This document shows, piece after piece, positions 1 through 7,989 of a stretch of DNA of 14,055 bases. The stretch comes from Candidatus Methylomirabilales bacterium (GTDB taxonomy: Bacteria; Methylomirabilota; Methylomirabilia; Methylomirabilales; CSP1-5). Under the pieces are notes generated by a model, which was given only the letters and a program-made list of their open reading frames with translations, made no database searches and was not told where the DNA came from. Every line of letters begins with the position of its first letter. The first letter of the stretch is position 1. The position numbers were made by a program, and so were the translations under genes. The stretch is taken from assembly GCA_046758505.1 (NCBI GenBank), contig JBHIAH010000067.1, forward strand, positions 1-14,055. Reading direction: 5' to 3'.

Positions 1-186
1 GCCCGTCCACTCGGGCAAACGCTCCTCCTCTCCGCCCAACACCTGTTCGAGCAGGCGTAACGTATAGCCGAGCGCCAACAGGTTCACAATCGGGAGGATA
101 TTGAAGGCGGCACCCAGGAGAAGCTTCCGGACCGCTTGGGGGTCCCGAAAGGGATGCTGAAAGGCATCGAGGACCATCTGCCGCAT
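1..186 (-). CDS. DUF4013-like membrane protein, N-terminal 62 aa, runs off left edge
   Basis: Not in the ORF track; translated by hand from ATG at 186: MRQMVLDAFQHPFRDPQAVRKLLLGAAFNILPIVNLLALGYTLRLLEQVLGGEEERLPEWTG. This resembles the DUF4013 N-terminal pattern (PF.D...KLLxG...IPIV...GY..R......G....LPEW). SD-like AGGGAG lies 7 nt upstream. Confidence 0.75.
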   Translation of the reverse strand, partial: MRQMVLDAFQHPFRDPQAVRKLLLGAAFNILPIVNLLALGYTLRLLEQVLGGEEERLPEWTG

Positions 187-212
187 ATGAAGTCTCCCTG
201 GAGGTTCCCTCT

Positions 213-345
213 TGGCCCATACCCTGCAAGGCCGCAAGTCGTGTTTTACCGCCGGGAGGCCGGACGTTCGATCTCGAATTTCCCGGGGAGACCTCCGGGG
301 TAAGCCTCTATTGCGCACCCCGATTTGCGCTCGGGTATGCTGCCA
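213..345. ncRNA. Candidate structured RNA: ~133-nt rod-like imperfect hairpin with central bubble
   Basis: Nested pairings read by eye: 213-216/342-345, 218-224/333-339, 226-229/325-328, 233-237/311-315, 246-259/292-303 (two bulges), 260-263/283-286, 267-270/275-278. No family signature recognised. Confidence 0.25.
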
Positions 346-605
346 TGCCGGCGGATATTTGGGGCCAGGAAGAGGCGGAAGATGCTGCGCGCCTCTTCGA
401 GGCCCACGCTTCTTCTGATACGTTCGCTTATGGTATTTCCCCCGCCCACTGGTTTCCCTGGTTCCGGGCCATGCCCCTTGCGTCCCTCCCAAAGACCCAG
501 ACCCGGAAGGGTCCGTGCCTCAACTGATCTCTTCCCTTCGCCCCTTGGACCGCGTCGGGAGGGACCCCAAAAGCTCACCTTTCGGCTTCCTGGCCACGCC
601 CCTGC
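213..605. repeat. Four degenerate copies of a short motif (core CCAYRCC) at 126/126/125-bp spacing, separated by unrelated hairpin-forming sequences
   Basis: Cores: ccatacc 217-223, ccatgcc 343-349, ccatgcc 469-475, ccacgcc 594-600. Three copies extend to tggcccataccctgc (213-227), gggccatgccccttgc (466-481) and tggccacgcccctgc (591-605). Confidence 0.4.
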
Positions 606-614
606 TTCATAGCA

Positions 615-1631
615 TCACCCGGCAAAGATCTTCACGATTTCGTCCCGCGAAAAGGCGGGAAAGGGTCTCTCTCCCCCTGGATCAGTCAAGACGACCCCGC
701 GAGTGTGGGGAACCACGCGACCGATCCGCCGCACGGCGACCCCCACTCCCTCAATCGCCCCGAGCAATCGAGCGGTGTCCCCCGGACGGCACGTGATCAG
801 GAGGGCCCCGGAAGCGATGAGGCCCAACGGGTCCAGACCAAACTCCTGGCAGAGACGTCGGGTCTCCTCGAAGATCGGAATCTGGGGCCCTTCCACCTCC
901 AAACCGACACCTGCCGCCCCACTGAGCTCATAGAGCCCCCCCGATAGCCCCCCTTCGGTCGGATCGTGCATGGCACTCACGCGCGCCGTCTCGACCGCCA
1001 TCAGGGCCTCCGTCGCCACGCCGATCCCCGGATCCGCAAGATATCCTTGCGCGCGCTGAATGAAGGCGTTGGAATAGCCGCGCGATGTCAGCCAGGCTTC
1101 CCGCTCCCGGGCCAAGATGACCGTTCCTTCCACCGCGATCCCCTTGGTGAGGAGGAGATCATCCCCCACGTGCGCCCCCGAGGTCACCACCAACCGATCC
1201 GTCGCCACCTCTCCGATCATTGTTCCGACCAGCAGGGGCCGGTCCAGCCCGGGGGTCACCTCGGTGTGCCCCCCGACGAGCCCGACATGGATCCGACGGC
1301 ACGCGGCATCTACCTGCCGAAAGAGGGCCTCCACCTCGGCTTCGCCCTTCCCTTCCGGAAGGAGAAGCGTCATCAGGAACCAGCGGGGTCTCGCCCCACG
1401 CGTCACGACATCATTGGCATTGACGGTCACGGCGTAGGTCCCCATCTCCGCGGTGGCGTATGTGATGGGGTCAGTTGACACGACGAGGTACCTGTCGGCC
1501 ATGGCCAGGACCGCCGCATCCTCCCCAATCCTCGGCCCGAGCACCACCCCCGTACTCGGACTCGCGTACCGCGCGAGCAGGGCGGCCAGGAGGTCCGTCG
1601 GAAGCTTACCAGCCAGGAGGCGGTTTCCCAC
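615..1631 (-). CDS. AIR-synthase (PurM/HypE/ThiL superfamily) related protein, PurM-like
   Basis: Motifs GKLP, GPRIGEDAAV, STDPIT, NANDV, VGGHTEVT, AMHDPTEGGL, DPLGLIASGALL. GTG at 1631 preferred because GAGGGGAG lies 5 nt upstream; the ORF track starts at TTG 1646. Confidence 0.85.
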   Translation of the reverse strand: MGNRLLAGKLPTDLLAALLARYASPSTGVVLGPRIGEDAAVLAMADRYLVVSTDPITYATAEMGTYAVTVNANDVVTRGARPRWFLMTLLLPEGKGEAEVEALFRQVDAACRRIHVGLVGGHTEVTPGLDRPLLVGTMIGEVATDRLVVTSGAHVGDDLLLTKGIAVEGTVILAREREAWLTSRGYSNAFIQRAQGYLADPGIGVATEALMAVETARVSAMHDPTEGGLSGGLYELSGAAGVGLEVEGPQIPIFEETRRLCQEFGLDPLGLIASGALLITCRPGDTARLLGAIEGVGVAVRRIGRVVPHTRGVVLTDPGGERPFPAFSRDEIVKIFAG

Positions 1632-1642
1632 CGGTACTCCCC

Positions 1643-2722
1643 TCAAAATTTAGCAGTCACAAAGGGGGCGGGGGTCATGAGACAGAGGAGGAGGAGGAGG
1701 GCGCCGAGGCCCAACAGGCGCCGTCCCCCGTCGAGGGGGGTCACATCGTTCATGGGGGGGGGATGCTTGAAGCCGAGCATGAAGCCGATAAAGGCCCAGA
1801 AAAGCCAGCCAGGCCAGAACGTGATCCCCAGAAAGGCCAGCACGATCGCCGTCAGGATTGCCAGCTTCTCGGACTGTCGGCCGATGAGGGCATACGCGAT
1901 ATGCCCCCCATCGAGCTGCCCCAGCGGCAGAAGATTCAGCGCGGTGACGAAAAGGCCGATCCAGCCGGCGAACGCCACCGGATGGAGGAGGACATCCATT
2001 CCTTCGGGGATGGGGCCCAGGCTTACCTGCTGCACCCACGTAAAGAGGAGAGGGGATCCGAGCGAGAGCCCTGCTTTCCCCCCGCTTGGGACGATAGTGG
2101 ACAGGCTGAGTCCGACCATCAAGACAGGGATGGCGAGACACAGGCCGGCGAGCGGTCCGGCGATCCCGATATCGAAGAGACTCCGCCGATCAATAACCGG
2201 GGATTTCATTTTAATAAAGGCCCCGAAGGTGCCGAGACCGATCGGGACCGGGATGAAATAAGGGAGGGTGACCTGGACCCCGTACCGCCTTGCCGTAAAG
2301 TAGTGTCCCAGCTCGTGGACCCCCAGGATGGAGAGGAGGCTGAAGGAAAACGGCACACCCGCCAGAAGGCGTGTCGGGGCGGTGAACGGATCCACCCCCT
2401 CGCCGAGGGCCCCCACGAAAAGGGTGGTGAAGACGGTGGCAACGAAGAGGAGGATCTGCCGCCAGGGCCGCTCGGCCCGCGCGCGCTTCGCCACGGCCGG
2501 GTTGGGGAGGATCAGGATCTCTCGCTCGCTCGAAAGGAGCGGCAAGAAACCGTACGGCTCCAGTCGCTGCCGTAGGATGCCCAGGGCGGTTTCAGGCTCG
2601 GCCAGTAAGGCCCCCCGGAACCGGGTGCCCGCCCCCTGAAACTCCCACGCTTCGACCTCGAAGACGCCGAACAGCTGTCGGGCGAGAAAAAAACCGATGC
2701 CTTCCGATCCCCAGTCTTCCAT
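1643..2722 (-). CDS. Site-2 protease family (peptidase M50) intramembrane zinc metalloprotease
   Basis: HELGH zinc motif, LPYFIP...GTFGAFI, IGIAGPLAG, NLLPLGQLDGGH third-ligand motif, several hydrophobic segments. Start taken at ATG 2722 (MEDWG) because the longer ORF overlaps the acylase gene. Confidence 0.92.
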   Translation of the reverse strand: MEDWGSEGIGFFLARQLFGVFEVEAWEFQGAGTRFRGALLAEPETALGILRQRLEPYGFLPLLSSEREILILPNPAVAKRARAERPWRQILLFVATVFTTLFVGALGEGVDPFTAPTRLLAGVPFSFSLLSILGVHELGHYFTARRYGVQVTLPYFIPVPIGLGTFGAFIKMKSPVIDRRSLFDIGIAGPLAGLCLAIPVLMVGLSLSTIVPSGGKAGLSLGSPLLFTWVQQVSLGPIPEGMDVLLHPVAFAGWIGLFVTALNLLPLGQLDGGHIAYALIGRQSEKLAILTAIVLAFLGITFWPGWLFWAFIGFMLGFKHPPPMNDVTPLDGGRRLLGLGALLLLLCLMTPAPFVTAKF

Positions 2723-2732
2723 AACTTCTTGA

Positions 2733-2761
2733 CTTATATCATTCCGCCGAGGACGAGTCAA
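2733..2761 (-). promoter_or_regulatory. Putative sigma70-type promoter for the M50 protease gene
   Basis: TTGACT (2761-2756), 17 nt including TG at the extended -10 position, TATAAG (2738-2733). ATG follows after 10 nt with no SD. Confidence 0.5.
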
Positions 2762-5130
2762 AGCCTTTCCCGGCCCCCCGGAATGAGATCGAGCCGCGTC
2801 GAGGGGCTTCCGGAGTTTGGAAGCATCGGCTGGTACTGTCCGTACCGCCAGTCTGTGAGCTGGTCGCCATAATGGGGAGAGAGGGGATCTCCAGAGCTTC
2901 CCCCCGGGATGATCCACCGGGAACGGTGGTGATCGCCCAAATCGACGATCTGCCGGTAGGCGGGCCCCACCGCCGGCTCAAAGGGGTGCGAGAGGAGATA
3001 GGCGGCCACGTTTACCGTCATCCCATCTCCCGCGTAGGGGAAGGGCCCGCGATTGAGGTGAATGATCCGGTTCAGGAAGCGGCTCCCCCGGTCCCGCCCC
3101 GCGCCCAAGGGGTGCCGGAGGGTCAGGCGATGAAGCTTTCCCCAGGCCCACTCCTCCTCCCCCCCAAGCTGCTCCTCCAGAAAGGCCACCGCTTCCTCAA
3201 GCGCCCGGCTCACGACACGAGCACGCCCCTCGGGCATCCATGCAGGATCCCCCGCCTCCAGAATCCGATCCACCGGCATCACCGGAAGGTGGAGAAGCGA
3301 GAAGTACCCCCAATACAGCTCCGGTGCGACCTGGTTCAACCGTTCGGCAAAGAGACGAGCGCGCAGGCGCTCGTAAAAGACATGGTACAACGCCGCTTCC
3401 CCTGCCTCCGCCGCCATCCGAAAGTCCCAGTGAAGGAGGCGCGTTGCCGCCAGCCGGGCCGTCCCTGAAAGCTCCTCGCCCACCGGAGCCACGACCCGCC
3501 CCACGACGGTCTTGGCCTGGAGGGACAGGACATCCCCCTGAATGGCCGCCATATCCGCCACGTCGAGCGCTCCCCCCCCCAACAGCTCAAGGATCCGGCG
3601 GGCCCGATAGGGGGGCTCCCAGAGATAGGTCAACTCATGCGGATAGGCATCATCCACAATCCGGTGATTGGCGGTCACGATCACGCCGGAAACAGGGTTA
3701 ACCAGCGAGGGGAGCTCGTCAAAGGGGATCTCCCCCTGCCAGTCCGATGCCCCGGATGCCCCGTCGAGCGGGAACGCACCGGCTCCTCTCCGGCGATGCG
3801 GAAAGCGGCCGGCACAGAAGTAGGCAACGTTTCCCTGCCGGTCGGCATAGAGAAAATTCTGGGCGGGGACGGCAAAATCCTTCAGCGCCTCCCGGAATTC
3901 CTCCAGGCCCCGCGCCCGACAGATCTTGAGGAGGGCGTCTAGTTCGCGGGAGGCTTCCATACCTGTCCACCGCAGGGACAACGGAGCCTCCAAGGGAAGG
4001 ACATCACTCAGGAGGGGGCACGCCGCACCCCCGTGGGGGACGTATCGGATCGCTACCTGACGCGAGGGACCGTCCCGGACGGCGATCTCCTCTCTCCCCA
4101 CGGTGAGAGGGCGCCACTCCCCATCGCAGGCGTACAGATTGGGGTCGGACGGGTGGAGCGTCTCGCGGTAAAAATCGGCGTCATCCGGCATGGCCGAGGT
4201 GATCCCCCATGCGACGTCGGCATTCACCCCGATCACGACGGCCGGGGTGCCCGGCATGGTCGCTCCGGTCACCTGATACGCTCCCCCCCGCAGGGCAATC
4301 TGATAGAAAAGGGGAGGCAGGCCCATCGGAAGATGGGGATCGTTACAGAGCATGGGAGAGCCGCTCCGCGTTCGTCCGGGCCCGACGACCCAACTGTTGC
4401 TCCCGCCCCCGCCACCGCCCAGGGCTCCTCCTCCGGGAACGATGATCGGCTCCCCCGCGGGGTACACCGGCAAGAGGGGGGAAAGGTCCGGCTGGGAAGC
4501 CAACGTCCCCAGGACCAGCTCCGCCCTGGCGGCAAGACAGAGCATCCATCCGATCAGGCGGCCAATCGCCAGGCTGTCCTGAGGCCTCCAGGGTTCCGGC
4601 TCGTATCCGAGCAGAAAAAATTCCAGCGGAAGGCATCGCTCCTGCTGCATCGTCCTCATGACCGCATTGACCCCAGCCGCATACTGCTCAAGGGCTCCCC
4701 GCGCCTCATGAGAGAGAATCTCGTGCGAAGCGTGGCCCCCGCGCCGGAGGCCCAACGCCCGATGGAGGCAGTCCAGCTGAACCACCGAGGCGGGCTCCAC
4801 GCGGGCCCCGGGCTTGCCACCGAGCGGCCGATCCCCCAGGATCTCCGCCAGGCGACCTCCGGCCAGCCGCCGGTAGAGATCCATTTGCCACAGGCGGTCC
4901 TGAGCGATGGCGTAGCCGAAGCCGAAGAAGAGGTCGGCGGAGGCTCTCGCGCGGATCGTGGGAACCCCGAGGCGGTCCCGACAGATGGTGACCGGCCCTT
5001 CGAGGCCAGCGACCACCTCCCGGCCACTCCGCTTCAGGGCCAGGCGCGCAGGCAGGGTGGGAAAGAGGGGTGCAACGAGACGCGCGGCAAGCAGGGTGAG
5101 GAGACGCCCGTACCGGTCGATCGGCTTCAT
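2758..5130 (-). CDS. Penicillin acylase family (peptidase S45) Ntn-hydrolase precursor
   Basis: Alpha-chain motifs RDRLGVPTI and GYAIAQDRLWQMDLYRR. Beta-chain start GSNSW...NDPHL with the nucleophile Ser codon at 4399-4401. Also QNFLYAD..GN, TANHR and C-terminal GGSSGDPLSPHYGDQ. Confidence 0.93.
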   Translation of the reverse strand: MKPIDRYGRLLTLLAARLVAPLFPTLPARLALKRSGREVVAGLEGPVTICRDRLGVPTIRARASADLFFGFGYAIAQDRLWQMDLYRRLAGGRLAEILGDRPLGGKPGARVEPASVVQLDCLHRALGLRRGGHASHEILSHEARGALEQYAAGVNAVMRTMQQERCLPLEFFLLGYEPEPWRPQDSLAIGRLIGWMLCLAARAELVLGTLASQPDLSPLLPVYPAGEPIIVPGGGALGGGGGGSNSWVVGPGRTRSGSPMLCNDPHLPMGLPPLFYQIALRGGAYQVTGATMPGTPAVVIGVNADVAWGITSAMPDDADFYRETLHPSDPNLYACDGEWRPLTVGREEIAVRDGPSRQVAIRYVPHGGAACPLLSDVLPLEAPLSLRWTGMEASRELDALLKICRARGLEEFREALKDFAVPAQNFLYADRQGNVAYFCAGRFPHRRRGAGAFPLDGASGASDWQGEIPFDELPSLVNPVSGVIVTANHRIVDDAYPHELTYLWEPPYRARRILELLGGGALDVADMAAIQGDVLSLQAKTVVGRVVAPVGEELSGTARLAATRLLHWDFRMAAEAGEAALYHVFYERLRARLFAERLNQVAPELYWGYFSLLHLPVMPVDRILEAGDPAWMPEGRARVVSRALEEAVAFLEEQLGGEEEWAWGKLHRLTLRHPLGAGRDRGSRFLNRIIHLNRGPFPYAGDGMTVNVAAYLLSHPFEPAVGPAYRQIVDLGDHHRSRWIIPGGSSGDPLSPHYGDQLTDWRYGQYQPMLPNSGSPSTRLDLIPGGRERL

Positions 5131-5145
5131 CGGCGTCGCCCTGGT

Positions 5146-6114
5146 CTATCGAGATCGCGGCGCCCGGGCAGCCCTGGCGACATACTCAAAGTTCGCAATG
5201 ATGTTGAGCTGCCGAAAGGTGAACATCGGCGGAAAGGGGGCATACGGGGCCGCGGCCTTGACCGCCTCGACCGCCGCGTCGTCCAGGATCGACACCCCGG
5301 AGCTCTTGCTGACCTGGACCCGCGTCAGATCCCCCCCCATCGTGATACTGAAGACGAGCACCAGCTTCCCGGTCAGGCCAACCTCCCTCGCATATACAGG
5401 AATATGCCACTGCCGCTCGATCCGACGCTTGACCTCGACGAGGTAGGGGGCAAATTCCGAATGCCGCGTTTCGAGTGAAACGGTCCGCTCGCCCGTTCCC
5501 GTCTCCCCGCGCTGCCCCGCATCAAAGGCTCGCTCTTTCCCTGCGAGCTCCCCTCTTCCGAGGGCTGCGATTTGTTCTCGGAAGGACGGCCGGGGGTAGG
5601 AAGTGGTGGGGATCGTAGTCGCCTGCTTGTTCTCTGTCTCAGGGGCTTCAGGTGGAGGCTGCTCGGGCATGGGGGGCACCTTCCCCGGTGTCTCTGACGG
5701 CACAGACGAAGGAGCCCTCGTCTTCGCCTCACGCGGTGGAGCCGGCGGAACCGCCGGGGGGGTCATCCGCCGCACCCCGGGAGTCGCCCGCGATCGTGGA
5801 AGCGCTGGGGTCCCCAAGCTCTCGGGCGTGGTCACCGGGCCCGGAACTTTCCCGGGGCCCCTGGCTTTACTGGTGACCTGGGAGATATCCTTACTCTTGA
5901 CCGGCCCGGCGGCCTTTGGCGCATCCGGCTGATCAATCAGACGGGGAACCGCACTCGCAGGGAGGAGACGAACCATCAGAGGAGACGAGTCCTGAAGGCG
6001 AGGGGGAGGGACCTCGACCTTCCAGAGGAACACCGCAGAGAAAAGGTGCAGGAGGAGGGAGGCCCCGACTGACCGGTAAAAAAGAAGGCGTTCCTCCCCC
6101 GTCATGTGCTGCAC
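5146..6114 (-). CDS. TonB/TolA-family energy transducer
   Basis: N-terminal TM helix with S-x3-H (ASLLLH), Pro-rich linker, C-terminal TonB-type domain (YLVEVKRRIERQW..P...G.LVLVFSI...G....V.KSSG..ILDDAAVEAV..AAPY.PFP). Start may be GTG 6114 or ATG 6105. Confidence 0.85.
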   Translation of the reverse strand: MQHMTGEERLLFYRSVGASLLLHLFSAVFLWKVEVPPPRLQDSSPLMVRLLPASAVPRLIDQPDAPKAAGPVKSKDISQVTSKARGPGKVPGPVTTPESLGTPALPRSRATPGVRRMTPPAVPPAPPREAKTRAPSSVPSETPGKVPPMPEQPPPEAPETENKQATTIPTTSYPRPSFREQIAALGRGELAGKERAFDAGQRGETGTGERTVSLETRHSEFAPYLVEVKRRIERQWHIPVYAREVGLTGKLVLVFSITMGGDLTRVQVSKSSGVSILDDAAVEAVKAAAPYAPFPPMFTFRQLNIIANFEYVARAARAPRSR

Positions 6115-6121
6115 CCGAGGC

Positions 6122-7846
6122 TCACTCGCATCGCGCTCCCTTCCCCTGTTTTTGCTTCCAACGCGCTGCCGCCTCCAACAGTTCCCGGCCGTGCCGGTAC
6201 GGGGTGGCGGAATGCTCCGGGCCTCCGAGCATCCGACCCAGCTCCTCCACTCGCTCTTCGGGGGAAAGAGGGATCAGCTGCGCCTCGGTCCGTCCCCGGC
6301 TCGTCCCCTTCTCTACCCGGAGGTGCACATCGGCAAAGGCGGCAATCTGGGGGAGATGGGTAATGCAGAGCACCTGTCGCTCCCGACTCACCCGCCAGAG
6401 TTTTCTCCCGACGACCTCAGCCGTTCTGCCACCGATCCCCGCATCCACCTCATCAAAGATCAAGGTAGGCGTGTGATCCGCCGAGGCGAGAATATTCTTC
6501 ACCGCCAGCATGGTCCGGCTGAGCTCCCCGCCCGACGCGATCTTCCCAAGCGGCCTGAATCCCTCGCCCGGGTTCGGCGCGAAGAGGAACTCGGCCTCTT
6601 CCAAGCCGGTCGGCCTGAGCGACCTTCGTTGATCATCTCCCGGAACGCTCTTGAGTTCCACACGGAAATCCGCCCGGGCCATCCCGAGCTCACGGAGCTC
6701 CCCAACCACCGCCCGGGTCAGCCGTTTCGACGCCTTTCCCCTCCCCTCGGACAGGCGCTCCGCCTGCCCCCAGAGGTCCGCTTCCACGCTGCGGATCTCC
6801 CCCGCGAGTTCCCCAAGCCGTTCCTCTGCCCCCTCTAATCGCTTGAGCTCGATGGCCGCCCGCTCCCGGAATGCCAGAACCTCCTCCGTGGTGGCGCCAT
6901 ATTTTTTCTTGAGACGACTGATGCTATGGAGACGGTCCTCGATGGCTTCCAGGCGAGCGGGATCAAACTCGAGCCGCTCCCGGTAGTCCCGGAGGGCGAG
7001 GGCGACTTCCTGCAAGAGGGTCTTCCCTTCCTCCGCCATCCCTTCGACGGGGACGAGGCGCGGGTCGATCCGCCCCGCTTCTCGGAGGCGGGCCAAGACA
7101 CCGGAGAGCCCCGAAAGGATCCCCCCGCCATCTCCTTCCAGGCGCCCGTACGCGTCTTCTACCCCGAGAAGGAGCTTCCCGTGGTGGGCCAGGACGGCGC
7201 GTTCCGTCTGGAGGGCCTCGTCTTCACCCTCGGCCAGATGGGCGGTATCGATCTCCCGGATCTGGTGCTCCAAGAGATCCTTGCGCTGAGCCTTCTCCCG
7301 TTCGTCCCGCTCAAGCGTTTCCCGCTCCGCGTGCAGGGCCTGCCATCGACGATAGAGGTCCTGATAGTCGCGCACCTGCTCCGCCAGGCCGCCGAAGGCA
7401 TCCAGAAGCTCCAGACGCCGCCGGGGATTTTGCAGGAGCATGCTCTCGTGTTGTCCGTGAATGTCGACCAGATGTTCCCCCACCGCCCTGAGCGTGGCCG
7501 CACCCGTCATGGTTCCGCTGACATAGGCCCGGCTTCTCCCCCCCCTGGCGAGGTGCCGTCGGAGGAGCAGATCCTCTCCCCTCTCCAGCGGGATCCCCTG
7601 CGACACCACGAGGTCCTCGACCGGGCTTGCCTGGGGAAGCGTAAAGGCGGCCTCCACCACCGCTTCTTCCGCCCCCGATCGGATCAACTCGGCGTCCCCC
7701 CGGGTCCCCAGGGCAAGGGTCAGCGCACTGATGACAATCGATTTGCCGGCCCCGGTCTCTCCCGTCAGGACGTTCAGCCCGGGCCCGAAATTCGCCCGCA
7801 CCTCGTCAACGATGGTAAAATGTCGAATGGCGATTTCCCGCAGCAT
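6122..7846 (-). CDS. recN: DNA repair protein RecN (SMC-like ATPase)
   Basis: Walker A TGETGAGKS, VDIHGQHE, coiled coil, signature ASGGELSR, Walker B LIFDEVDAGIGG, CITHLPQIAA. Follows nadK as is usual. Confidence 0.97.
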   Translation of the reverse strand: MLREIAIRHFTIVDEVRANFGPGLNVLTGETGAGKSIVISALTLALGTRGDAELIRSGAEEAVVEAAFTLPQASPVEDLVVSQGIPLERGEDLLLRRHLARGGRSRAYVSGTMTGAATLRAVGEHLVDIHGQHESMLLQNPRRRLELLDAFGGLAEQVRDYQDLYRRWQALHAERETLERDEREKAQRKDLLEHQIREIDTAHLAEGEDEALQTERAVLAHHGKLLLGVEDAYGRLEGDGGGILSGLSGVLARLREAGRIDPRLVPVEGMAEEGKTLLQEVALALRDYRERLEFDPARLEAIEDRLHSISRLKKKYGATTEEVLAFRERAAIELKRLEGAEERLGELAGEIRSVEADLWGQAERLSEGRGKASKRLTRAVVGELRELGMARADFRVELKSVPGDDQRRSLRPTGLEEAEFLFAPNPGEGFRPLGKIASGGELSRTMLAVKNILASADHTPTLIFDEVDAGIGGRTAEVVGRKLWRVSRERQVLCITHLPQIAAFADVHLRVEKGTSRGRTEAQLIPLSPEERVEELGRMLGGPEHSATPYRHGRELLEAAARWKQKQGKGARCE

Positions 7847-7867
7847 CACTCACACCCCAACCACTGT

Positions 7868-7988
7868 TGACCGATGACCGACGACCGGTGACCGATTAAC
7901 CGGCTCATGGTTCATAGTTCATGGATCATGGATCATGGCCGAAAAGGTCGGGGCTTGCCGTGAACCATGAACCCTGAACTGTGAACCG
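7868..7988. repeat. Heptamer tandem repeats forming an inverted-repeat hairpin between nadK and recN
   Basis: TGACCGA-like x5 (7868-7903), TCATGGN-like x5 (7905-7939), 17-nt loop, then complementary units GCCGTGA, ACCATGA, ACCCTGA, ACTGTGA (7957-7984). Confidence 0.9.
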
Positions 7989-7989
7989 T

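Noticed and set aside
213..228. Sigma54-like GG-N10-GC at 213-228 (and 591-605)
   Set aside because: Spacing fits, but the match to TGGCAC-N5-TTGC is loose, both face away from the local genes, and the copy at 466-481 has the wrong spacing.
498..520. CAGACCCGGAAGGGTCC resembling SRP RNA helix 8
   Set aside because: It is a perfect stem with a GGAA loop and lacks the conserved CAGG/AGCA internal loop of SRP RNA.
212..612. Small ORFs in the intergenic gap (246-578 minus; 212-418, 325-612, 345-527 plus)
   Set aside because: No convincing RBS, low-information Arg/Gly/Pro-rich translations, mutual overlap and no family features. A small protein cannot be fully excluded.
1754..3580. G9 tract (1754-1762) in the M50 gene and C9 tract (3572-3580) in the acylase gene as phase-variation sites
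   Set aside because: Both are in frame, encode Pro or Gly runs and are unremarkable at this GC content; no read-level evidence is available.
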